A DNA stretch of 64,000 nucleotides from Eledone cirrhosa (lineage: Eukaryota). Below, in pieces: positions 1-12,684 of the stretch. The stretch is from positions 421,290,001 to 421,354,000 of the forward strand of contig OZ024740.1 of NCBI GenBank assembly GCA_964016885.1, in the 5' to 3' direction. Position 1 is the first letter of the stretch. The number at the start of each line of letters is the position of its first letter. The notes beneath the pieces were generated by a model, which was not told the origin of the DNA, ran no database searches, and saw only the letters and a list, made by a program, of their open reading frames with translations. A program made the position numbers and the translations under genes.

Positions 1-33
1 ATTTGAAATACTAAACACAGTAAAACTAGCCTC

Positions 34-105
34 CTCCCTGGCAGGTATGTGAAATCTGGTCTCCCACGTGACAGGCAGGGATACTTACCACCAAACTACA
101 GAAGA
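34..105 (-). pseudogene. Degenerate tRNA-Asp(GTC) copy (pseudogene or SINE head)
   Basis: Minus strand reads TCTTCTGTAGTTTGGTGGTAAGTATCCCTGCCTGTCACGTGGGAGACCAGATTTCACATACCTGCCAGGGAG (72 nt), colinear with eukaryotic tRNA-Asp. The anticodon loop CTGTCAC is kept; the T arm and B box are decayed. Confidence 0.7.
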
Positions 106-244
106 CTGGCACCATTGTCAGTAACAGATAAATCCATTTTCAGCTAAAATAATATACCATGTGTACAGAAAGACAACTGCAAGAGGAGCCTAAAGAGTAA
201 GAGAAGTGGATATCAACAGGTTTTTACAGCTGGATGTCCTTCCT

Positions 245-470
245 ATCATCATCATCATCATCATCATCCTCGTTTAATGCCCACTTTCCACGCTAGCATG
301 GGTTAGACAGGAGTTGTCCCACTTGAGGCAAGGTTGTTCGGGTGACCATGTCTTGCTCATATAGGACTGTCTGGCAGGTTTTCTACGGCTGGATGCTCTT
401 CCTAACACCAACCACATTTACAGTGTGGACTGGGAACTTTTTACCGTGTTACCTACACGACCATATTACA
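245..470 (-). mobile_element. Short retroelement with RTE-type 3' end and (ATG)n tail
   Basis: Minus strand ends ...CTAACCCATGCTAGCGTGGAAAGTGGGCATTAAACGAGG(ATG)n, similar to the LINE terminus at 12110-12188. Internal motifs are shared with the copy at 24730-24998. Boundaries approximate. Confidence 0.6.
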
Positions 471-637
471 ATGTGGACTGTGTGTTTTTTTCTCGTGACA
501 CCTATACAATCTCATTTATCTCATTTATTTGGACTGGATGTTGTGGTACCAACTTTACAGAGAGAACATGGTGTTGGTGGGAGTCGGAGGATAGGGTAGG
601 GGTAGTGGATTGTGGTGTATATTTGGTTAAGAGGTGC

Positions 638-3600
638 CTACTGACTGTAGGTTTCGCTTTGTACATAGGCAAGGTGGGTCTTCTGTATTACTGAGTGGCA
701 CCAAAGATCTTGGTCTAGTGATATTGTCTTAGAGAGGTCTAAGTGTGTAAGGTTGGAATTTATCAGATCGTCCCAGGTTTTTCTGGGTCTACCTACTCCG
801 TAACTTCCATCAATTTTGATCGCCCTACATTTTTTTATACAGCTGTCGTCTTTCATGCGCATCACGTGGCCATACCAACGTAGTCTTCTCTCGAGTAAAC
901 AGCATCTGATCCCTGTTATTCCTAATTTCTCACTTAGTTCATTTATGCTTTGCCGTTCACGTATATTACTATTACACATCCAGCGGAGCATGCATGCTTC
1001 GTTCCTTTCCAGTCTACGCAGGTCCTTTGCACGTAATGCCCATGTCTCACTGCCATGTAGCATTGCTGTTCGTATACAATCTGCCTTTCATTTTTAGAGA
1101 GAAACCTTCTGTGGCCAACAGTGGTATAAGCTCTCTGAATTTTTTCCATCCCGTTCTGACTCTGGCTACTGTACTTTCAGAACACCCTCCACCACTGCTG
1201 ATTTCGTCACCCAGGTAACGGAAAGTGTCTACTATTTCTATAGAACCATCTGGGCAATAGAAGGGGCTAGTATCCTGTGGACACTTTCTACCTATTGCAC
1301 CTGAGCATCGCCCACATATAAAGTCTACGTTCTTAGATAGTTTACCTGTGATCCCACTACATCTTTTATGTACCTATAGTTTGCATTTGCGACATAAAAT
1401 TGAATTTCTGCCTACTCCTTTCCTACACACTGAGCAAGGCCATTTCTCTGAGGGTACCTGTGCCTTATTTTCCTTTCTACAAACTAGGACTTTAGTCTTA
1501 GACAAGTTAACTTTAAGGCCTTTTGATACTAGGCCATGCTTCCATGTTTGGAATTTCTTTTCTAGTTCAGCCATTGATTCAGCTATGAGCGTTAGATCAT
1601 CTGCGTATAGGAGTTCCCATAGGCAGCCGGTCTTGAACTCCTCTGTTATAGCCTGTAGGACAATAATAAATAGGAGGGGGCTAAGGACAGAGCCTTAGTG
1701 AACACCAACTTTTACACTAAATTCTTCACTATATTCATTGTTAATTCTAACCTTACTGACTGTTTCATTATATATGGCTTGAATCTCTCTCACAAGCCAT
1801 TCATCAACACCTAGTTTTCTAAGAGCCCACCAGATAATGGAGCGGGGGACTCTGTCAAAGGCTTTTTCCAGGTCTACAAAAGCTAAGTAGAAGAGTTTAC
1901 TTTTAGCTAGGTACTTCTCCTGTAGTTGTCATACAAGGAAAAGAGTGTCTGTGGTACTTTTACCTGACACAAGCCCAAACTGCATTTCATCTAGATCAAT
2001 TCGCTCTCTGATTAGTTGCGTTATAACTCTTTCTGTGACCTTCATGACCTGGTCAACTAACTTAATGCCTCTATAGTTTCCTCTATCTAGAGCATCTCCT
2101 TTACCCTTGTAGCAGTTAATGATGATGCTGCTACGCCAGTCTTTTGGTATGACCCCATTCTGTATTACTTGGTTAACTATACGGGTGACCATAGTATGTC
2201 CCCACCATTCCAGATGCCTTCAACATCTCAGCAACTATCTCCGAAGGCCCAGCTGCTTTGCCTGTCTTCATATCTTTGATTGCCTTACTTATTATACTAC
2301 CTTTAACTTGCACCGCTGGTCCTTCTATTGGATCGATTTGAGGCAGACTATCTTTTTCCCACTTATTCTCCTCATTTAATAGTCTCTCGTAGTGACACTT
2401 CCAGGCTATCTTCTTATCAGCATCAGTGAGGGCAAGTACACCGTTATCATTACGGACACACTTCTCCCCGACAATATCACAGTTTTCCTTGACACATTGT
2501 CTAGCAATCTTGAACACCTCGCGTTGTAGAACATGCTTGAACTTTCTATCCTCTGCTTCCCTTTTTGCAAGATACACTTGTCTCCTAGCTTTTCTCCTGG
2601 CCACTTGATAGTACTCTCTACTTCCCCCATCCTGCCATACTTTCCAAGCCTGCTTTTTGGCCTTGATTGTCTCCTCCACCTTACTGTTACACCACCAAGT
2701 TACTCTCCTCCTGCCAATAGGTCTGCTCCAGCCACAGATTTCATCCGTTGCTTTCAGCAGGTTCACTTTCAAGAATTGCCACTGTTCCTCTATATCGCAC
2801 GTCTCTAATTGCTCTTCCTTATTGTCAAAGGCATCAAGTAATAAGCTTTTAAATTTGTCACTGGCTATGGGGTCCTTCAACTTCCATATTCTTCACCTCA
2901 CGGTAGGCCTCCTCTGTCGTCGAGTACGTCTATTTTTTACTGTGAGGTCACTAACTACTAGGCTATGTTGGGAGGTGCATTCTTCACGGGGGAGGGATTT
3001 AGTGTTTACAACAGACACTTTGTCCCATCTTCTAAGGATATAATCTATCTGGCTGGCGTGTTCCCCTGATCTATAGGTGATCAAGTGGTTTTCACATTTT
3101 TTGAAGATTGTGTTACAGATAGTTAGGTTATTGGCATCACAGAATTCCAGGATTCTGAAGCCTTCCTCATTTCTATTTCCAACCCCATAACCTCCATAGA
3201 TTCCATCATAGCCATCACTATGTTGTCCAACGTGGGCATTTAGATCACCAGCAATAATTAGGTAGTCGCTGTCGGTTATTTGGGAGGTAGTGTGCATTAA
3301 CGTCTCATAGAACCTGTCCTTTATAACGTCAAGTAGACCAGATTGGCGTGCGTAAGCGGATATTATTGTCACAGTAGTTTTATTTAGAACTAGCCTTATT
3401 TTAATTATTCTGCAATTTACTCTATTTACATCAATTACCTTATCTACCCATTTTTCAGCTAACATAATTCTTACTCCACCCAGTCCGTTGTCGTTTCCCA
3501 CCCAGAAAAGTTTATAGCATCGTTTTTTACCCACGATGAATCTGGCAGACCCCCTCCCCTCTCCACCTAGTCTCTTGAATACAACAAACATCAACTTCTT

Positions 3601-3826
3601 TACGTTCAAGCATCTCTACAACCTCATTTGAGCAACCTTTCAATGTGCCTACGTTCATGGTACCAACTCTGAAGTTGGGAGGGTGGGATGGATGGGTTGG
3701 AGGGACGGGGGGTGGTGGTGTAGGAGACGGAATTTTGTTGGTCATCTGTGTCTGAAATAAAGAGGGGCCCTTGTATTCTCGTCTTGCAGCGGGAGGTGAA
3801 TTTATCTTTATCTGTGACATTGTCAT
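638..3826 (-). mobile_element. Near full-length decayed RTE-clade LINE ORF (APE endonuclease, RT, Cys/His-rich segment)
   Basis: Colinear ORF fragments: APE motifs GTMNVGTL, CCIQETRW, GDLNAHVG, SQIDYIL; RT motifs NYRGIKL, QFG, FVDLEKAFD, LLYADDL (~1600); C-terminal RRLRWYGHV...GRPRKTW. Several stops and frameshifts. Confidence 0.92.
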
Positions 3827-4091
3827 TGAGTGCTTAGACTTTTCAAATTTCCGCAGTCAACCCATCAAATCAACCACTTTACAGTGTGTCAGGGTACCAA
3901 TACTAGAAAGGTTGTTGTGTCCTGACTGAAGGGTCCTCTCAACCTTTTCAGCATGGTATCTATGACTAGAAGCTATTCCTAATCCAACCACATTACAGAG
4001 TGTATAGGGTCCTCTCTTTCTCCTATGTGGGAATGATGACTTGTTTGAAGGGAGTCATGTTTGTTCAGGAGGATAGGATAAAAGGAAGATA

Positions 4092-4152
4092 TCAACATCC
4101 TCATTATCATCGTTTAACGTCTGCTTTCCCTGCTAGCAAGGGTTGGACGGGT
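4092..4152 (-). mobile_element. 3' end fragment of an RTE-tailed short element
   Basis: Minus strand reads CCCGTCCAACCCTTGCTAGCAGGGAAAGCAGACGTTAAACGATGATAATGAGGATG, close to the LINE terminus at 12116-12188. Confidence 0.6.
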
Positions 4153-4739
4153 CTACATAGATCAAGTCTGTACTGGAGCAAGGTTACTGACCTCTCAGAC
4201 AGGCTGAGGGGTCTGAATTCCACTTACGTACAGTCATATCAAATGTAGAGAAGTGGTCGTGTCTTTTGACCCAAACTGAAGGTTTCTCCTAACCCCTTAT
4301 TTGGGATGGTTTCTTCATGAGATCAGTCTTTTCTAATTATCTAGCACAAAAATGGTTGAGACAGACATATGATAATAATTAAAGAATTATTTTTATAAGC
4401 AGAATTCTATTGTTAAATAAGTTATTCTGTTAATTTACCTCCCTTGCCATTGATACAAACATCAGTGCTGCCATCTTGAGTCAACACTACAACTTCACAG
4501 TATCTTGATCTAACAAAAACACTCAACTTTTGTCATTTAGTTGTGTCAAGGACATGACCACCTCTTTAGTGTTTGGTGATCTACACAATAAAAGCACCCA
4601 GAGTATACTATAAAGTGGTTGGTATTAGGAAATGTATCATCTATATGGTCCTGCCAACCCTTTGTTTGGCAAATAAATGTCTTGGTATAATTAGAAAGTA
4701 TAATTATAGAAATAGAAGAGAAAGAAAGTAAAGGGTCAT

Positions 4740-5005
4740 AACTCTATGCTGCAAAGCATGTAGTCCGACGCTCTACCGATTCTGCCAATCCATCACTCTA
4801 TAAATAATAACAATAATTGTTTCTATATTTGGCACAAGGCCAGCAATTATCCCAGTGCATTACTGGTACTTTATTTTATCGACCCCGTAAGGATGAAGGG
4901 CAAAGTTAACCTCGATGGGATTTGAACTCAGACCGTAAAGGGATGTAACTATGCTAGAAAGCATGGCGTCCAACCCTCTACCGATACTGCCAATCCACCA
5001 CCCTC
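4740..5005 (-). mobile_element. tRNA-derived SINE plus an adjacent second head fragment
   Basis: Minus strand has an A-box-like TGGCAGTATCGG and a B-box GAGTTCAAATCC, then TTTGCCCTTCATCCTTACGGGGTCGATAAAATAAAGTACCAG. The same family recurs at 19297-19665. Confidence 0.75.
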
Positions 5006-5043
5006 TATAAATAATAACAATAATAATAAAGTCCTCAGTTTAC

Positions 5044-5184
5044 CGAATGACATTGTCCCAGTCTTTGGCCAGTCTATAAGCTTCAACTGCTTCTTTATAA
5101 TGGCCATCGACTTCTTTAGCTTTAGCATACTGGATATGGATCTTGGATGATGTCACGTTTTGTAGAAGTTCCCCTACTTTGTTC
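5044..5184 (-). CDS. WDR19: WDR19/IFT144 internal coding exon (most 3' exon visible; gene continues left of the window)
   Basis: ttccag|G...TCG|gtaaac. Translates [46 protein letters not shown](R), like WDR19 [32 protein letters not shown]. Confidence 0.95.
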
Positions 5185-5289
5185 CTGGAAAAGACAGAAA
5201 TAGAAATATAACTAAAAGAAAGATATGTATAAAACTTTATATTATCTGTCTTACCATATTCAGAAATAACTTGTGTAAAAGAAACAATA

Positions 5290-5485
5290 CTATATACTAT
5301 ATATACTCAAATAAAAGCACACAACCCCCTATTTTAATGTCTGAGAAATGAATAAAAATCCAAACCCAGTTTATAAGCTGAGGCAGCTAATCAACACATG
5401 TTTAGCTGGCGAATATAAGTCGACCCCCATTTTACCATCGATTTTTGGGGGGTTACATATTCCTCGGCTTATATTACAAGGGTAA
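5290..5485. mobile_element. MITE, Tc1/mariner-superfamily type termini (copy 1 of 3)
   Basis: Termini tatatactcaaata.aagc and cggcttatatt. The core atgtctgagaaatg..aaaaatccaaacc is shared with 17607-17740 and 20107-20304. Confidence 0.65.
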
Positions 5486-5644
5486 AGGAGATGTAATTAG
5501 ATGAACCTGGGTGTCCTTTCTAGCAGAGTTGGATGAAGATGTGGGAATTTAGGGATACGTTTAGTGGAGTATAATTAGGGTTTGATTTATGGGGGAGATA
5601 GAAGGAGCAAATGCTCTTGACCCCTTGTTAAACAGGAACAGCCC

Positions 5645-5822
5645 TGGGACCCCAAACCTGAATTTCTCTGGGTCCCTTCAAACCTGAACTGCCTTGGGCC
5701 CCCAAAACCTTAAATGCTATGGTCTCCTTCAAACTTGAACTGCCCTGGGTCCTCCAAACCTGAACTGCTCTGGGCTCCTTCAAAGCTGAACTGCCCTGGG
5801 CCTCCAAAACCTGAACTGCTCC
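5645..5822. repeat. Degenerate ~21-bp tandem repeat (aaacctgaactgccctgggtcc-like)
   Basis: About 8 diverged copies seen directly. Confidence 0.7.
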
Positions 5823-6061
5823 ACAATGTCTACATGTGGCCCTGGGTATAATGAAGCCCTCATCAGTGAGTTAGATGAAACAATTAAAGTTAATTATAAC
5901 CATGTGGACCTTAGCAAGTGAGAACTAAGTTCCTTAGCCAAGTCCAGGGTACAGCATTAATAACATCATACAACTCATTAACCCTTTATTCAGAAGTTAA
6001 TCACTGTTTGCTGGATCAATAATATAGATTTTCAAAGGTGAAACTAGAAGAAAATACAAAC

Positions 6062-6144
6062 CAATTCTTGCATTTGATGTAATTTGATGCAGATTTGTCA
6101 TAGAAACCTCCTTTCTCATATAAGGCAGCAGATTCAGACCATTG
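6062..6144 (-). CDS. WDR19: WDR19/IFT144 internal coding exon
   Basis: tttcag|CAA...TTG|gtttgt. Translates QWSESAALYEKGGFYDKSASNYIKCKN(W), like WDR19 [28 protein letters not shown]. Confidence 0.93.
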
Positions 6145-6164
6145 CTGAAATACAGATACATAAA

Positions 6165-9100
6165 TATAGTGACAATGTTATAAACACATATAATATATAT
6201 AGCTACAATGTTATAACCACATATAATATATATAGCTACAATGTTATAACCACATATAATATATATAGCTACAATGTATAAACACATATAATATATATAG
6301 CTACAATGTTATAATCACATATAATATATATATAGCTACAATGTTATAACCACATATAATATATATATAGCTACAATGTTATAACCACATATAATATATA
6401 TATAGCTACAATGTTATAACCACATATAATATATATATAGCTACAATGTATAACCACATATAATATATATATAGCTACAATGTTATAACCACATATAATA
6501 TATATATAGCTACAATGTTATAACCACATATAATATATATAGCTACAATGTTATAACCACATATAATATATATAGCTACAATGTTAAAACACATATAATA
6601 TATATATAGCTACAATGTTATAATCACATATAATATATATATAGCTACAATGTTATAACCACATATAATATATATAGCTACAATGTTAAAACACATATAA
6701 TATATATAGCTACAATGTTATAACCACATATAATATATATATAGCTACAATGTATAACCACATATAATATATATATAGCTACAATGTATAAACACATATA
6801 ATATATATAGCTACAATGTTATAACCACATATAATATATATATATAGCTACAATGTTATAATCACATATAATATATATATAGCTACAATGTATAACCACA
6901 TATAATATATATATAGCTACAATGTTAAAACACATATAATATATATAGCTACAATGTTATAACCACATATAATATATATATAGCTACAATGTATAACCAC
7001 ATATAATATATATATAGCTACAATGTATAACCACATATAATATATATAGCTACAATGTTATAACCACATATAATATATATAGCTACAATGTTATAACCAC
7101 ATATAATATATATAGCTACAATGTTATAACCACATATAATATATATAGCTACAATGTTATAACCACATATAATATATATATAGCTACAATGTTATAACCA
7201 CATATAATATATATAGCTACAATGTTATAACCACATATAATATATATATAGCTACAATGTTATAACCACATATAATATATATAGCTACAATGTTATAACC
7301 ACATATAATATATATATAGCTACAATGTATAACCACATATAATATATATATAGCTACAATGTATAAACACATATAATATATATAGCTACAATGTTATAAC
7401 CACATATAATATATATAGCTACAATGTTATAACCACATATAATATATATAGCTACAATGTTATAACCACATATAATATATATATAGCTACAATGTTATAA
7501 CCACATATAATATATATAGCTACAATGTTATAACCACATATAATATATATAGCTACAATGTTATAACCACATATAATATATATATAGCTACAATGTATAA
7601 CCACATATAATATATATATAGCTACAATGTATAAACACATATAATATATATAGCTACAATGTTATAACCACATATAATATATATAGCTACAATGTTATAA
7701 CCACATATAATATATATAGCTACAATGTTAAAACACATATAATATATATATAGCTACAATGTATAACCACATATAATATATATATAGCTACAATGTTATA
7801 ACCACATATAATATATATAGCTACAATGTTATAACCACATATAATATATATATAGCTACAATGTATAACCACATATAATATATATATAGCTACAATGTAT
7901 AAACACATATAATATATATAGCTACAATGTTATAACCACATATAATATATATATAGCTACAATGTTATAACCACATATAATATATATATAGCTACAATGT
8001 TATAACCACATATAATATATATATAGCTACAATGTTATAACCACATATAATATATATATAGCTACAATGTATAACCACATATAATATATATATAGCTACA
8101 ATGTTATAACCACATATAATATATATAGCTACAATGTTATAACCACATATAATATATATATAGCTACAATGTTATAACCACATATAATATATATATAGCT
8201 ACAATGTTATAACCACGTATAATATATATATAGCTACAATGTATAACCACATATAATATATATAGCTACAATGTTATAACCACATATAATATATATATAG
8301 CTACAATGTATAACCACATATAATATATATATAGCTACAATGTTATAACCACATATAATATATATATAGCTACAATGTTATAACCACGTATAATATATAT
8401 ATAGCTACAATGTATAACCACATATAATATATATAGCTACAATGTTATAACCACATATAATATATATATAGCTACAATGTATAACCACATATAATATATA
8501 TATAGCTACAATGTTATAACCACATATAATATATATATAGCTACAATGTTATAACCACGTATAATATATATATAGCTACAATGTATAACCACATATAATA
8601 TATATATAGCTACAATGTTATAACCACATATAATATATATATAGCTACAATGTTATAACCACATATAATATATATAGCTACAATGTTATAACCACATATA
8701 ATATATATATAGCTACAATGTTATAACCACATATAATATATATAGCTACAATGTTATAACCACATATAATATATATATAGCTACAATGTATAAACACATA
8801 TAATATATATAGCTACAATGTTAAAACACATATAATATATATATAGCTACAATGTTATAACCACGTATAATATATATATAGCTACAATGTTATAACCACA
8901 TATAATATATATATAGCTACAATGTTATAACCACATATAATATATATATAGCTACAATGTTATAACCACATATAATATATATAGCTACAATGTTATAACC
9001 ACATATAATATATATATAGCTACAATGTTATAACCACATATAATATATATAGCTACAATGTTATAACCACGTATAATATATATATAGCTACAATGTATAA

Positions 9101-9917
9101 CCACATATAATATATATATAGCTACAATGTTATAACCACATATAATATATATAGCTACAATGTTATAACCACGTATAATATATATATAGCTACAATGTTA
9201 TAACCACATATAATATATATATAGCTACAATGTTATAACCACATATAATATATATATAGCTACAATGTTATAACCACATATAATATATATATAGCTACAA
9301 TGTATAAACACATATAATATATATAGCTACAATGTTAAAACACATATAATATATATATAGCTACAATGTTATAACCACATATAATATATATAGCTACAAT
9401 GTATAAACACATATAATATATATATAGCTACAATGTTATAACCACATATAATATATATATAGCTACAATGTATAACCACATATAATATATATAGCTACAA
9501 TGTTATAACCACATATAATATATATATAGCTACAATGTTATAACCACATATAATATATATATAGCTACAATGTTATAACCACATATAATATATATATAGC
9601 TACAATGTTATAACCACATATAATATATATATAGCTACAATGTTATAACCACATATAATATATATATAGCTACAATGTTATAACCACATATAATATATAT
9701 ATAGCTACAATGTATAACCACATATAATATATATAGCTACAATGTTATAACCACATATAATATATATATAGCTACAATGTATAACCACATATAATATATA
9801 TAGCTACAATGTATAACCACATATAATATATATAGCTACAATGTGTAAACACATATAATATATATAGCTACAATGTTAAAACACATATAATATATATAGC
9901 TACAATGTTAAAACATA
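6165..9917. repeat. AT-rich minisatellite, ~32-37-bp unit (gctacaatgttataaccacatataa(ta)n), ~110 copies
   Basis: Direct tandem repetition. Unit length varies through one T and the (TA)n tract. It starts ~20 nt from the acceptor of exon 6062-6144. Confidence 0.97.
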
Positions 9918-10160
9918 TTAGATCACCCATGACCTGTTGGGTCGCATTCACTTAAAAATATTTTTTAAAAATCATTTTCACTTAAAAATGATTTTTAAAT
10001 AATTAAAATATACACAGACATGTATATAATGTAAAATGAAATTGAAAGGCCCATACGTATATATGTGTGTGTGTGTGTATACATATATATATATATATAA
10101 AGGAATTTTAGCTTGATAACGGGGCTTAGAACCCTCAGATAAATGGAAAAAGATGAGTAT

Positions 10161-10231
10161 TGACGTACATGGGAGTCGAACCCACATCTGTGGTTATCGC
10201 GACCACTGTGCTGCCATTACACCAACACACC
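10161..10231 (-). tRNA. tRNA-like Pol III gene (SINE head or atypical tRNA), copy 1
   Basis: Reverse complement of 10592-10662 with two substitutions. A and B boxes intact; T5 run downstream. Confidence 0.55.
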
Positions 10232-10591
10232 ACCCATCTCTTTCCATTCAAATTAGAAACTACATTCTTAGCGAGTTTAAATGGCAAGTAAGTATGTTTT
10301 GAAACAGTGAGCGAGTTTGAAATTAGAAAATAGAATAGCTTTCACCGTATTTTTTACTAAAGGAATTTTAGCTTGATAACGGGGTTTAGAACCCTCAGAT
10401 AAATGGAAAAAGATGAGTATTGACGTACATGGGAGTCGAACCCACATCAAGCTAAAATTCCTTTAGTTAAAAATACGGTGAAAGCTATTCTATTTTCTAA
10501 TTTCAAACCTGCTCACTGTTTCAAAACATACTTACTTGCCATTTAAACTCGCTAAGAATGTAGTTTCTAATTTGAATGGAAAGAGATGGGT

Positions 10592-10662
10592 GATGTGTTG
10601 GTGTAATGGTAGCACAGTGGTCGCGATAACCACAGATGTGGGTTCGACTCCCATGTACGTCA
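10592..10662 (+). tRNA. tRNA-like Pol III gene (SINE head or atypical tRNA), copy 2
   Basis: Folds as a cloverleaf: acceptor GATGTGT/GTACGTC (3 G-U pairs), D stem GTGT/GCAC, anticodon stem GTGGT/ACCAC with loop CGCGATA, T arm GTGGG-TTCGACT-CCCAT. A box TGGTGTAATGG, B box GGTTCGACTCC, TTTTT at 10672-10676. The anticodon loop is non-canonical. Confidence 0.55.
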
Positions 10663-10814
10663 ATACTCATCTTTTTACATTTATCTGAGGGTTCTAAACG
10701 CCGTTATCAAGCTAAAATTCCTTTAGTTAAAAATATGGTGAAAGCTATATATTTTCTAATTTCAAACTCGCTCACTGTTTCAAAACATACTTACTTGATA
10801 TATATATATATGTA

Positions 10815-12154
10815 TACTGGGAAGAGTACAACAGATGCCCTCTTCTTGGTGAGACAATTGCAAGAGAGGTTCTTAGAGAAAAATAAGCCACTATACTTAG
10901 CCTTTGTTGACCTAGAGAAGGCCTTTGATAGGGTACCCCGATCTGTCATCTGGTGGTCCCTAAGGAAGCTAGGTGTTGAGGAATGGCTTGTGAGGACAGT
11001 GCAAACTTTGTACAAATGTACTCTCAGTAAAGTCAGGGTAGGAATGGAGTTTAGTGAGGAATTCTAGATACAAGTAGGGGGACATCAAGGTTCAGTCCTC
11101 AGCCCGCTCTTGTTCATTATAGTCCTCCAAGCCATAACAGAGGAGTTTAAGACTGGCTGTCCATGGGAACTTCTCTATGCTGACGATCTGGTTCTTATAG
11201 CAGAATCAGTAGAGGAGCTAGAGAATAAATTCTGGCTATGGAAACAGCAGTTGGAAGCAAGAGGACTGAGAGTGAACCCAGCTAAGACAAAAGTGTTTAT
11301 GAGTAGAAAAGAGGACAAAACTCTGATTCCATCAGGGAAATGGCCATGTTCGATATGCAGAAAAGGAACTGGCATAAATTCTATAAAATGCACACAATGC
11401 AGATCCTGGGTACACAAGAGATGTAGCGGGATAGCAGGCAAACTAACAGGTAGGGAGAAATATGTATGCAGTAGATGTACAGGGAAATTAGACAGTAGAA
11501 GTCGCATTGATAGACACATTTTTCAAATGCAGGAGGGCGCTATAGAAGTGGTGGATAGCTTTCGGTACCTAGGAGATCAGATTAGCATGGGAGGAGGGTG
11601 TTCCAAGGCCATAGTATCTAGAATAAGGACGGGTTGGAAGAAGTTTAGGGAGCTGCTTCCTATGTTGACGAAGAAGTGGTTCTCCCTGCGTACGAAAGGC
11701 CGGTTGTATGATGCCTGTGTGAGGAGCGCGATGCTGCATGGTAGTGAGACATGGGCAGCAACTGCAGAGAATATGCGACGGCTGGAGAGAAATGAGGCAA
11801 GCATGCTCTGTTGGACGTGCAGTGTAAATGTGCGTGAACGACCCAGCATAAATATGTTGAGAGAGAAACTGTGTCTAGGAGGGATAGAATGTAGTGTATG
11901 GGAGAGAAGACTGAGGTGGTATGGACATGTGATGCGTATGGAGGATGACCGATGGGTGAAGAAGTGCCAGGAAATGTCAGTTGAAGGAAGACATGGTAGA
12001 GGTAGACCACGAAAAACATGGGCGGAGGTGGTGAGAACAGACCTCAGATCATTGAAGCTCACGGTGGAGATGACGAAGGACCGTGACGAGTGGAGAGATG
12101 CTGTGCTGAATAAGACCCATCCCACCCTTGCAAGCAGGGAAGAGCGGACGTAAA

Positions 12155-12188
<34 letters not shown>
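10815..12188 (+). mobile_element. 5'-truncated RTE-clade LINE with intact 3' end and (ATG)n tail
   Basis: GKSTTDALFLVRQLQE, FVDLEKAFD, one in-frame TAG at 11065, HQGSVLSPLLF, LLYADDL, Cys/His segment, RRLRWYGHV, GRPRKTW. The stop at 12153 is followed at once by (ATG)n. Confidence 0.93.
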
Positions 12189-12189
<1 letters not shown>

Positions 12190-12684
12190 GTGGGTGTCTG
12201 AGATCTATATACACTGGTCACAGACACACACACACACACATACACTTAGAAACCCTTCCTATTTACCAGAAAATATTCGCTACACTCATCCTCTCCTAAC
12301 ACAAGTTATATGATACATATTACTTAATATTCAGTCACCAAATTCGAGCTAGATACAGTAATGCTGTATTCAATACTTTGAAGTCACCCTTTATAATTTC
12401 ATTCAACAACACCACCAGCTCTCTCTCTCTATGTTTCTCTTTCAATCTATTCTCTCACAACCACTATCTCTTTCTCTCTATCTTTCTCTCTCTCTATTTA
12501 TGAAGGTACCCGGAAAAACCCTGTATTTTGGGAACCCATGCTCCGATTTACACAAAACTTGTTTTATTCCATTTGTATTCCCATTTCAGGGTCAACTTCC
12601 TTTCAAAATATTTTCCCATTATGCACTGTTTTGGCTGTATTAAATTACAGACAAGCACACAATCACAGAGTTTTAGTAGTATAT

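Larger units (their letters stand above)
10099..10797. repeat. Foldback of a ~260-bp unit: ~1.3 units in minus orientation fused to ~1.3 units in plus orientation
   Basis: 10099-10377 is the near-perfect reverse complement of 10446-10724. The marker aggaattttagcttgat recurs at 10101 and 10361, and its complement at 10446 and 10706. (TA)n on both flanks. Confidence 0.9.

Noticed and set aside
342-2808. Plus-strand ORFs over the first LINE (and minus-strand ORFs at 10791-12245)
   Set aside because: They are mostly antisense shadows of the retrotransposon ORF, with no recognisable domains.
4439-4509. Possible next WDR19 exon (ttgttag|...GAG|gtaaat, open frame SRYCEVVVLTQDGSTDVCINGKG)
   Set aside because: It does not resemble the expected continuation (IYLDHLNNPEKAV...). 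Probably chance splice-like sites; the true exon likely lies left of the window.
6165-9917. Common origin of the ~33-bp and 24-bp satellites (shared tatata...acaat)
   Set aside because: The similarity is limited to short AT-rich words and cannot be told from chance.
638-12188. Oppositely oriented RTE copies forming dsRNA, or an active LINE
   Set aside because: The copies are visibly diverged from each other and ~9 kb apart. Both are disabled by stops, frameshifts or truncation, and no convincing TSDs were found.
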